From positions 3,348,001 through 3,412,000 of the forward strand of contig CM068769.1 in the NCBI GenBank assembly GCA_035084275.1: a stretch of DNA of 64,000 nt, read 5' to 3'. The position numbers were made by a program, and so were the translations under genes. The notes under the pieces are model-generated. The model ran no database searches, was not told where the DNA came from, and saw only the letters and a program-made list of their open reading frames with translations. Every line of letters begins with the position of its first letter. Position 1 is the stretch's first letter. The DNA is from Hydrolagus colliei (Eukaryota). Below are positions 37,101-48,589 of the stretch, piece by piece.

Positions 37101-40100
37101 ACCCTTGGGGAACTCCCCCCTCAAAGAGAGCAGTCAGCAGCCAGTCATTTGACACAGCAGCTCACACACCCCACACTGACTGTCTGATATCCACCAGGTT
37201 TCTCACTGTGACAATCAATAATAACAAACCAGATAACTCGGCACTTGTGCAGTGCGGGCCCCAGGCACTGGATCCCTTCAGGTCCGATCTGACAGTTGGT
37301 GAGATTGAGTCTCTCTATGGTGACATGGGGATGTAACTTCATAACCAGCAGAGCACAGGTCGAAGGGTTCAATGTGATTCCACTAAAGTCCAGTGTCTGC
37401 ATAGCTTCGATTCTATTCGGGGGCAGTTTGCTGCTCAGAGACTGAATCAATTCTGAAAGAGAAAGGTCGGGAATAGTTTGATCAATGGGAAACAGACGAC
37501 GAATTGTTTCATGAAGTTAAACCAGCGCTGGGGTACGGTACCACACGGGATGCACTGGGAGAATTCAGTGAAATCCTGTGTAAGGCCAAGACTATCAATG
37601 CGATAATCCAGGGTGAGATCGTGGATAGTGAGGGTTTTGCTGGAAAGACATTGTGAAGGGCTTGCTCTTTGGGGGTGAGGGGGTGTTGAGTGGTGCGGAG
37701 AGGATTTGAGGGTGCACAGAATAAATGGAGAGTTGGGAAAACTACGTATGAGGAAGATTATATTATGATTGCCTTAAGCGGGCGGTTTGTGTGGAGGGTG
37801 TGAATGTTAGGGCAGCTGGGGAGGGCTGCTCTGGGACTCCCAGCGCCTGGAGTCATGATTACAAAATCAACCACAATTTAAATTTATAAAGTGCCTTTTA
37901 CGTTGGGAGGACGTGGCACAGCACTGCACAGGAGGCGTGTGACTCGGGCTGGGAGGGCAGTGTTTGGGAAGGGGTTAAACACGTAGTGGAGGTCGAAAAA
38001 TTCGGGGGCGAACAAAAGCCATGGTCGAAGAAGAAAGTCTTCAAACCGGCCTTGAAAGAGGAAAGGGAAGAAACAAGGCAGAGGGATTGGGGAATGGAAT
38101 TCCACAGGGTGGGAGCGGAGAAACTGAAGGCCTGGTCTCCGATGGTGCGGTGGTTCGGGCGGGGGGCTTGGAGCAGGCCAAGTCCTGCTGAACGGAGGAT
38201 CCGGCTGGGCATATAGTTGGAGAGTAGATCGGTTAAATGGGGCGGGGCAAGGCCGTGTAAGGCCTTGAAGGTGAGGACTAGGATCTTGAACTCGAACCTC
38301 TGGAGGATGGGGAGCCAGTGGAGACGGGCGAGGGTGGGGGTTATGTGGTCGAGGAGGCGGTTGCGGGATAGTACATGGGCTGCAGAATTTGCGATGACTT
38401 GCAGCCTGTGAATGGAGTAGCTGGGCCCGAAGTAGGATTCCCAGCCTGGAGCAGAGGGCAGTGTTGATGGCGTCCAGGAGAGAGAGAATGTGTGGGATGC
38501 TAGGAGATTAGGGCAGAGTGAGAGAAGCGGATAGAGGGGGGTGAGAGGAAAGACATTTAGATTTGAGAGCAAGGCTCGGGTCGGGGCGGAAATGCACATG
38601 CAGAAACCAGGAAGGAGTGATTAGCAGGATGGATTCAGCCCGCAAGCTGTGTGGTCATGGCTAAGACAAGTTAGGACAACCCGGCAGCAAATTTCACACA
38701 GCAGTATCCTACAAACAGTCGCGGATGAGCGTGTGTTTTTTTTTGAAATTATTATCTGGTATGACGAATAATTAATTAATACTTAGTAATTAATTTTCCC
38801 ATGAATTTGCCCTGCCTGGAATCGAACCCAGATCTCTCGCTTGTAAGGCGAGAGCTCAAACTGCTGAGCCACAAGACTCCCCAAAATCTTTCAAAAGCAC
38901 TCACCTCCCCTACAACCCTCACAGCCACAACAGCCTTCACACTAATCTGGGACTTCATACCTTCTGGCGTTTCTTGCATCTCCTGTGTCAGTGAACTTTG
39001 CTGCTCCTGTACTTTACGAGCTGTGGCTTCCTTCTCCTCCATTAACTTCTGCCTCAATTCTTCCACAGACAATTCCAGCTGATGGATCCTTTCCGCTCCC
39101 AGTCGCTTCTCCTCAACCAGTTGTTGGTGAACCTGAGATTGCTCCCTCATTCTCTCCAACTGATCCATTTTCTCGTGTTGGGCTGGGAAGGGGAAACATG
39201 CAAAATCCAATGTACTGATGAGTGTCAAACACTGTGAGCAACAAAATACCAGTGACACAGGAGACTGGAATCACCACCTAACAGCATTTTGTGGCCCAGG
39301 CTCCACCCGCAACCTATACAGCTCTGTCATCTCATACCTTGAACGAGCGAGATTGAACTGATTGTGGGAAAGACTTCGAAACGGTGGGGGCAGAGAGGTG
39401 GAATAGTAGAGTTGGGTGCCAGCTGGAGGTTCAAAAGTAGAACAGACAGTCACTTTCCTCTCCATCGCTTGTCTTCCACCGTCCACCTCAGTGGGGCTAC
39501 ACACGCTTGGTTGGGGTCCTACCTCACAAACCGCCTGCTCTATATTAACTCTAAATATTTCCACTGCCCGTTGCTACCCAGTCACCTGCGGAAAACCACG
39601 AGGACCTATCCTTGGCCCATATGCTGCATGTGTACTGGGATATTCTGGGCCTGTGCATATGCGGGGACTGGCTGTCCCAGTGGAGCTGTATGGGCGCTGG
39701 GAGCTTTGTGTGAGATGGGCTGTGCTGGGAGCTGTGTATGTGCTGGGCACTGTGCGTGCTGTAGGCTATGTGTGTGCTGGGAGCTTTGCTTGTGCTGTGT
39801 TTGTGCTTGGGGCTGTGTGTGAACTGGGCTAAGCTGTGGGCTGTGTGTTTGCTGGGATATACTGGGGTTTGTGTGTGTGTTGGACTGTGCTGGGGTACTA
39901 CGTGTTTGTTAGGCTATACTGGGGTATGTTTGTGAGGTCGGCTATGCTGGGGACTCTTCGATGGAGGCTTTGTGTGCTAGGCTGTTCTGGGGGCTGTGTG
40001 TGCTGGGCTATTCTGAGTGCTGTTTGTGCTGGGGCCTGTGTCTGCTGGGGGATGTGTTCAAGTTTAGAGTGGAGAGACATTTACCTGGGTCGATGCTGTC

Positions 40101-41980
40101 TCTGATCTCTCTCTCAGGCAGATCAATCTCACACACTGACAGCTGAAAATCCAAGTTACTGATTCTGTAACAAGAGACATTCACAATGTAAAGTGAAGCT
40201 ACGCAATGTATTTGGTTTGTATAATAAGTTCTGGGATACTTAGTAAACCAACATTCCATACCTTCTTTTCGGATCAACTTGTTCCTAATTAAATCAAACA
40301 CAGATAGAATGAGTCACACTGAGACATTACACTGTAAAGTCAGACGTAACAATACATTTCCATATTACACAGGTTACTGCTATTAGTATTAACAATAATA
40401 ATAAATGTTGCGTTTGACATACTGCTTTTCATGCCTTCTCGACGGCGTCTCCAAGCGCTCCAACGAATATACTGTGAAGTAAATTGGCTGTATATTTGTA
40501 GGCGGACCGCATCAACCAGATGCACAGAGTAGCATCCGCAGAAACAGCCGTGGGTTGAAATGACCAATTTTATTTTTTTTGCTGCTTTACTTGCTCATTA
40601 CTGTCCGCAGAAGTAACCGAGTTTGAATATCAACAGTATAGACCGTATACTGTCTATGACTAACAATTTACTCATAGACAATGACACACAGTGGGAACTG
40701 CTTACAACCACATCTTACAAACATAAACACACGGTAGAATATAACAAATAATAAATCACTGACATGTCTAACTGTCAGACTATAGTTGTGAGAAACTGTT
40801 GCTTAACGAAACTATAATTTATTATATTTACCTGCAGAAAGGACACCGTGTCCTTTTCCATCATTTTCTGTAACTCTGAGATTTCTTGCGTAACAGAATC
40901 TAAATTTTCCTGAATCTCTCGCAGATTTGTCTCCATTTTATGCAAAATCTCCTTCTCTCGCTGAGTGAGATCTCCCATCACCAGCTCCTCTCTGTCAGTC
41001 AGGCTCCGGTGCATTTTATTAACTTCAGACGTGATGTGGGTCATCAGACTGCTCACCTGTTCCTGTAAAATATCAGACATCACACTGTACACACACTGAA
41101 AGGAGACGTTGAGACATCGCACGCAGTAAACATAGTGCAGGTAGACACTGAGCCATCACATTGTGTACACAGAGCAAAGGGAGTAACTGGGACATCGCAC
41201 TGTGTACACAGACTAAAAAGAGACGCTGACATATCGTACTTAGTACACAGAGTAAAGAGACACCGAAACACCGCACTCTGTATACACAGTGAAGAGGCAG
41301 CGAGATGTCACGAAGTGTACACATTTTAAAGTTAAACACAGATACCAAAATAATCAGGCCCAACACAATTTACCTTAACTTGTGAAATCTTTTCTCTCTG
41401 TTTGACTTCAGCTTGCACAGCAGTTTTCTTCCTCTTTGTGAGAGAGGCTAAGGAGGATCTCACTTGATCCTGGAATATACACGTAGAACAAAAGGGTTTG
41501 AAGTCAAGAATATGAAGTGAAATAAAATGAATCCCACTCTAGAGTGAATACAGTGGGAGGTATTCTTACCTTGTATGTTTCGGCAGCTTCATCAATGGGC
41601 TGGAAGCTGTGATCCCTGTGTTCTCGCCCATGGCTACAAATGGAGCAGATCAATTTCTTGTCAGTTTCACAGAAAAGTTTCAGTTCCTCCCGGTGTTTCT
41701 CACAATTGGGTTTAGTTTCTATTTCTGTCGAGGACAGGCTCAGTTTCTGAGCTTTCTCTGCTAGACTCGCCAAGGCACAATTCACCCTGAGGTTCCTCTC
41801 TGGAAAAATCTCCTGACAGACAGCACAGGAGTTTATCTGCTGTTTTTCCCAGCTGCTCGTGATACAGGAGCGGCAGTAGTTGTGCCCACAATAGAGGGAA
41901 ACAGGATCAGTGAAGAACTCCAGACAAATGGGACATTTTAAATCCTCAGTCAGATCCTCAACCTGGAGTCTAAAAGCCAT
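34199..41980 (-). CDS. TRIM (RING-B-box-coiled coil) fused to an extra coiled coil and RI/NLR-type LRRs; predicted 542 aa
   Basis: Exons 41980-41570 (411 nt; C3HC4 RING and B-box2), 41469-41374 (96), 41062-40832 (231), 40284-40262 (23), 40164-40085 (80), 39182-38961 (222, coiled coil), 37452-37230 (223), 35748-35662 (87), 34618-34451 (168), 34286-34199 (88, ends TGA). All are GT-AG with compatible phases; total 1629 nt without a stop. ATTAAA lies at 34121-34126. Confidence 0.85.
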
Positions 41981-44900
41981 TTTTAACCTCAGCACTTTCT
42001 GTTCCAAGCCTGGTTTCACTTTCATTGTGGGCATGTGTGGGCGGCTCCCTGTTCGCTTGCCTGTCTGTCGAACCCTCCCCTTTAGTCTCCTCTTGTGAAA
42101 TCCTCTCATTATGAACGTGAATCTGGGAGACCAGGAGAAAGCCTTGTATCCTGATCACAGTCACATGGGAGGCACAATTCTCTGTTCTTTCATTCCACTT
42201 TTGTCACCAGTGTAACACCCAGTGTTTGTCCTGGGCTGGGAAATGGGAAGAATAATAATAATCCATTTGTTTGGTGAAGCACGTTCACTGGGTTAACGAG
42301 GACAGTCCAGAGTTGGGCCATAAAGCCGGTGTTGTCTATGGGCTCTGGGATAGATTTCTGGATAGCGGGGGAGAGTAGAACGGCTAAAAGCATGACCTCC
42401 AATGGTTGGACCTGGGGGTAGGAGATATGGAGCTGTGAGTTTTCTCAGAAAGTGACACACAGAGATACGGTCGCCCACACCCTATCACGCCCACATCACA
42501 CTCTGATAATGTTGTTTTTGTTTCAGATTCCCAGAATCTACAATATTTGACTTTATCTGATACTTTAGCTCTCCACAGCTCTCAGCGGCAGCCGTCTGGC
42601 TGTTTGCATTTGAAATATTTCTCACTTCTGAGGCTCACTAAAGGGAGAGTCACTGTCAGGGATATTCAGAATGTAATAGTGTTGAGGTAGAGCCAGAAGC
42701 AAAGTTTGTAAACGCTCAATAAAGTTTGGTAATACGGTCACCCATTCCAACATGTAGCTGCTTACAATTCACCTGCTGATCTGTACTGTGCACTTGGTCA
42801 ACATGATATCCAGATCCTTCTACACAATCCATTAAACAATCCTCAAACATGTTATCACATTGACATGTTCAGGCTTTACCTGCCGACCTGTAATTGGCAG
42901 ATCAGCAAACGCCTCGTCTCCACGTTACACAGACTTACAAACTGATGTAAAAACAATACACACCAGCACACAGAGCTCTTCGGAGAATTCATGGAATGAT
43001 TTCTGTCACTACTTTGTTCATTACAGTATTATATCCCAGCTCTACTATTCTGTTGTATTTTGTCCCCGGTGAGTTCCTTCATGCTGGACAGGCAAGCGGC
43101 AGATCTCTGTCTGTTTGTGAACTGAGACTCTCCTCGATGTGGCTCTCACCAAAGGGAGAGGTGCCCCTCAGAAATTCGTATCCATCCAGCGTAACAAGTC
43201 ACTGCGTGTATAATTTACTGGCAGAACTGTTGAGGATTGGAACCATCTACCGAGACTCGATGAAATGCGGAATGCATATTTGAATTTAATTTATTCTCCT
43301 ATCATTTGGAACTTGGACTCAGAATCTCCTTGCCTCATTCCCTCATTTGCCTCCTCGAAGGCACATTACAAGACCCTCCTCTTCCAATTCCAGTCACCAT
43401 CCTTTGCTCGGGGGAATGGGACAGTTTGAATTAAGAGGGAGGGGGAGGGTTACTTCTGTTTGGGAACAGAGCGAGGCTAGTTGGGGTAGCTGGGACGCAT
43501 TGTAAAATGTGCTTATTCAGTTTTCTATTTGTAAGACAAACTGTAATGTTTAGTGACCGTGTTTTTTTTTCTGAGACAAACTATAAAATTTAGTGACAGT
43601 GTGGTTAGTGTGTGAGATGCACTTTAAGGTGTAGTGACTGTGTGTATGTGTGTGAGACACACTGTAATGTGCAATGCATTATCACGCGTTGTTCCAAGTT
43701 TGAGTTTAATATGAAAGTACAATGCAAAGACGCATGATATAATCACGTTTAATTAACTATTGAACTTTACGCCCCGGGGATGTGGGGACTTTGCAAACCT
43801 GTTTCCCGTATTTTACACAGAGAGGAGATTGTTATTAAAATACAAGGTTAATGCGAAAACACGTTTATATGTTTGAATTAGGAATGCTGTGCGCTGTTGC
43901 ACTAACAATCCTGGGAATCTGGGGAGTTTATCACCTGCTTCATGTGTTTATAAACTGGAGTTTAACAAACTATTTCCTTTAAACCCTGACAACCCCATCC
44001 CCCCCCCCACCACGATTGCTCTCACACTGACTTCCCCCTATTGCCCTCACATTGAACCTCCCCCCCCCCCCACAGGAAATGGCTGCAAAATGTAGTGACT
44101 GTGTTTGGGGGTAGGTAAAGTGTAGTGACGGTGTGTTTGTGGGGAGGGTAAATTGTAGTGAGTGTGTGTTTGTGATAAAGTAGTGTGTAATTTTTATTGC
44201 TTTCGTTGTTTATTGTTGTTATTTATTCCCCCACTTGGCCCTGACCTTTTCCACTTTTCTCTTCTTCCCTCCCTCCCTTTCCCCGCCTTTTCTCTTCCCC
44301 CCCTCTTCCCTTTTACCCCGTTTTCTCCCTATTTCTCCCTGATCTTGCCCTCCACCAATCTTTCCCTCCCTCACTCCCATACCCTCTTTTCCCTCTTTCT
44401 CGCCTGGCCCATTTCCACGACTGTTTGTGGGACACTGCTGTGCGCAATTTGGCTGCCATGTTTCGCCCACAAATAGTCAATTCTCCTACTCTCCTTCCTC
44501 CTGCCCCGACCCCTCCCCTTGTCCCTGCCTCACATACAGCGCCTTGGGAAGTCCTCTTGACTTGAAAGGCACGATATAAATGCAAGCTTTGATTGATTTG
44601 ATTGATTGACTGTGGTGTATGAGGTCAGACCATGATGACATCACCCCGTCTCCCAGGTAACCAGTGATTGACAGGAGATAGAGAGAGTGACCCCCACCCC
44701 ATGATGTCTCCAGGCTGAAACTCCAGGCCATCACAGGGGGGATTGTGATGTCAGACCCGGCGATGTGGACAAATATTGTCTGTTTCCACGTTAGTTAAGA
44801 CGCGAGAGAGGGAGAGACAGGACCCCCAGCCCCCACAGCTCAATAGCATTGGCTAGTCAAGCACTGGGATCCGTTATCACAGAGAGAATGATGGATCACT

Positions 44901-45269
44901 TGGAGAGTTGTGAGCTTGTCATAGAGAGTTAGCGTGGAGTGGGGGGATTAGTGAAGGGAAGGTTGTGTATCACTAATCTAGATAGATTGTTTTTGAGGCA
45001 GTTACTCTTATGCTGGATAAGAAATTGTGGTTGATGTGGAGTTTCAGAAGTTATTTGATAAGAATCAACACACGAGGTTATAGATGTTTTGATAAAGTAG
45101 TTACAATCATTATTTCCTCTGGCTGGGGAATCTGGAACAAAGGGGAATCATCTGATAACTAGAAATTACTATAATTAATTAATATAATTAGAATTTTTAT
45201 ATAATTAGAATTTTTATAATTATTATTATTTTATTATAATTAGAGCAGAGTCATAGGAAGCCTTTCCCA

Positions 45270-45750
45270 TGTTAAGGCATGGGAAAGGCTGCAGAGGAGA
45301 TTTCCAGGATGGTACCAGGAATGAGGGACTTCAGTCATGAAGAAAGGCTAGAGAGGCTTGGTTTATTCTCATTGGAGCAGATAAGGTTACAAGGAGACCC
45401 AACAGGTGGTTTTCAAGATCATGAGGGTAATCGATAGGGTAAACAGGGAAAAAATGTTTCAAATGGTAGGTGTGTCAGTGATATGAGGACACAGATTTGA
45501 AATAGTTCGTAAAATATGCAGAGGGGAGCTGAGGAGAGTTTTTTTTTAATTCAGCGAGTTGTTCGAATCTGGAATGCATTGCCTGAAGTGGTGGTGGAGG
45601 CCGATTCAATAACAAATTTTAAAAGAGAGGGAGATGTTTATTTGGGGAGGTTATGGGGAGAGAGAGAGAGAGAGCTGGGGAGTGGGATTGATTTGGTCTT
45701 TTCAAAGAACCAGCAGAGACTCGACGAGCTAAATAGCCTCCTTTTGTGCC
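45270..45750 (+). mobile_element. Degenerate CR1 3' fragment
   Basis: gaggagatttccaggatggtaccagga...gagttgttcgaatctggaatgcattgcctga, homologous to the other CR1 ends. Confidence 0.8.
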
Positions 45751-46079
45751 GTATGAGTGGATGGGGGGCGGTGTGTGGATGTGTGATAATAGTACTAATA
45801 AAAACAATAATAATTTAATACTCACATTGATACAGCAACCATTTATAATAATGTATGATGCAATTATTGTCATTATAGTATTGACAATGTTCATTGCATT
45901 TGATATAGTGCTGCTCACGTCTTCTAGACGTCTAAAAATTCTTCACAGAATATACTGTGAACTGAATTGACTGCGTATTGTGGGGCCAAACGTGGCAGCC
46001 GATTTGGCACAGTAATGACACAACAATGACACCCCCCACCACACATTACAGGCATGTGTATAGCATCATGGCTTCACAT

Positions 46080-47220
46080 GTGTGTTGACCGTTGGCGGTG
46101 GCTCGAGACGAGGAGTGTGAGGGAGGATGTGTGTGAGGGAGGAGGGGTGTGAGGGATGGGGTGTGAGGGAGGATGTGTGTGAGGGAGGGTGTGTGTGAGG
46201 GAGGGTATGTGTGTGAGCGAGGGTGTGTGTGAGGGAGGGTGTGCGTGGGAGGGGGTGTGACGGAGGGGGTGTGTGTGAGGGAGGGTGTGAGGGAGGGTGT
46301 GTGTGAGGGAGGGTGTGTGAGGGAGGGTGTGTGAGGGAGGGGGTATGTGAGGGAGGGGGTGTTTGAGAGAGGTGGGTGTGTGAGGGAGGGGGGTATGTGA
46401 GGGAGGGGGTGTTTGGGGGAGGATGTGTTTGTGGGAGGGTATGTGTGAGGAAGGGGGTGCGAGGGAGGAGGTGTGGGGGAGTGTGTGTGGGGGAGGGTGT
46501 GAGTGAGGGAGTGGTTGCACGAGGGAGCGCGTTTGTGAGGGAGGGCGTGTGTGAGGGAGGGCGTGTGTGAGGGAGGGCGTGTGTGATGGAGGGCGTGTGA
46601 GGGAGGGTGTGTGAGGGAGGGTGTGTGAGGTAGTGTGTGTGAGGGAGGGGGTGTGAGGGAGGGTGTATGTGAGGGAAGGTATGTGTCTGTGTGAGGGAAG
46701 GTGTGTGTGTGGGAGGGTGTGTTTGGGCTGTGTTTGTGCGGAGGTGAGAGTTTTCAGGGGGTGGGATGTGTGTGTCTCTCTCTCTCTCTCTGTCTCCCTC
46801 TATGTGTGTGTTTGTGCGTGTGTGCGTGTTGTCTCTCTCCACATCTCTGTGTATGTGTCTCTGTGTACGTGTCCCTTTCGCTATGTCGCTGTGTGTGTCT
46901 CTCTCTCTCTGTCTATGTATGTGTCTCTCTCTGTATATGTGTGTCCCTCTCTCTGTGTATATGTCTCTCTCTCTCTGTCTCTGTTTGTGTGTCGCTCTCT
47001 CTGTGTATGTGTCTCTCTCTCTGTCTATGTGTGCGTCTGCCTGTCTCTATCACTGTTTGTGTGTCCCTCTCTCTGTGTGTCTCTATCTATCTCTGTGTCC
47101 GTATGTGTGTGTCTCCTTCTCTGTATCCGCGTGTATCTCCCTCCCTCTCCCTCTCTGTATCTGAGTGTGTCTCTCCCTGTCAATGTGTGTGTGTGTGTTT
47201 GTGTGCATCTCTCTGTCTGT
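46080..47220. repeat. (GAGGGAGGGTGTGT)n-like minisatellite followed by a TG/TC low-complexity tract
   Basis: Tandem gtgagggagggtgtgt units to about 46760, then mixed (tg)/(tc) runs. Confidence 0.9.
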
Positions 47221-47789
47221 GTTCCCCCATTACCCCAATACTTGCCCGACTTCACTGTCTTCCTGTCCCAGAGAGGATGGACTTCCAAGATCCTCACCCT
47301 TGTTTTCAAATCCCTCCACTCCTCCGCACCCCACTATCTCACTGATCTCCTCTCCCTACAACCCAGCACCCGCTGCCTTCGTTCCTCTGGATCTGGCCTC
47401 CTCCATGTCCCCCGCGTCCTCTACTCCACCCTCGGCGGCCGCGCCTTTAGCCACTATGCCCCGTGGCTCTGAAACTCCCTTCCTCACTCCGTTCGCCTCG
47501 CCCCCTCTCTTCCCAGATTCAGGTCACAGTTGAAGACCTTTCTATGTGACCGAGCTTTTGGTCACCTTCCTGCCCCAGCTCCTGGCTCGGTCCCGGGATC
47601 CGCTACTGTAAAGCACTCTGAGATGCTTTCTGGCGTGGAGGGCGCTATATAAATTGAAGCTGTTGTTGTGTGTGTGTGTGTGTCCCTGTCTCTCACCTGT
47701 AATTGGCTCCATTACAACCAAAGTGTAGGATCCAGCGCTGTCCAGGACTCTGTATTTGGTGACTGCGCTATGAGGGTCTCGATTCCCTC

Positions 47790-48318
47790 TGTGAAGTTGT
47801 AATTTTTTTGTTCGTTCCCAGAACAGTTGTCTTTCAAACAGACCATACACCGTGGATAAGAAAATGTAAAGTTTATTTGCTGTAGCAAGAGCTGATTCTC
47901 AGAAGTCAACAGTCTCCAAATAGAGTACCTGACAGTCAAAATAATGAGCTGCCGGTGGTTAGTTAATGCAGCCTTTTTGTACCCCAAAAGACAGGGGTTT
48001 GCAGTACACACAAAGGCAGTTACAAAAGTATTACCAATCACATGGTTCCAACAACTATTCGAATGGTGACATCACTCAATCCATGTCTCTCTAACAAAGT
48101 GAAATGTCAAAAACAAGCTTATCTACAGATGGCGTCTAGTTTAGAGAATGTGAAGGTTTGCTGCAGTTAGTGTTTTCTGCCCCGTGAAATACTCAGATAA
48201 GGATGCGACTGGCATTGTGCCAAGTCTGCGTTTCTCAGGACTTGCTTTTTATGTTAAATTGGGTTAATAGTATAGAAGTTACATCTAGGCATAAATGGCT
48301 AAATGTTACACTTTCACA
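47790..48318 (-). repeat. 3' LTR (529 bp)
   Basis: TG...CA termini, preceded by the PPT on the minus strand; AATAAA at 47872-47877. Confidence 0.88.
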
Positions 48319-48553
48319 TTTCCTCCTTTTATCATATCCGATATGATAACACAAATTATTTATTTTTAATAATTATTTCATTGATACCTTGCATTTCATT
48401 TTCCTCTTCCCAATATTTCCTGTTCTTTCTTACTTTTCTTTCTGTTAACACTCTTTTTATTGTTTACTAGTCCTTCTTTGGATACCAAGATGCTGAGAGT
48501 TCTTTTAGTTCATTTTTCACAATATTAGTTCTAACTAAATCATGAATTTGCAT

Positions 48554-48589
48554 ACAGCATTCAATTTCAATAACCTTACACACTCCACC
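48554..48589 (-). pseudogene. env: Retroviral env TM-subunit CX6CC motif remnant
   Basis: YGGVCKVIEIECCMQIHD matches the gamma-type GGxC-X6-CC motif; flanking frames are broken. Confidence 0.75.

Noticed and set aside
38800-38878. tRNA-Val(TAC)-like cloverleaf on the minus strand, and similar heads at about 11370, 20540 and 59660
   Set aside because: Weak acceptor stem, and it continues into the SINE body; these are SINE heads rather than tRNA genes.
37453-38960. A hidden NACHT exon in the TRIM-LRR gene
   Set aside because: The interval holds L2 and SINE remnants, with no Walker A/B-bearing long ORF.
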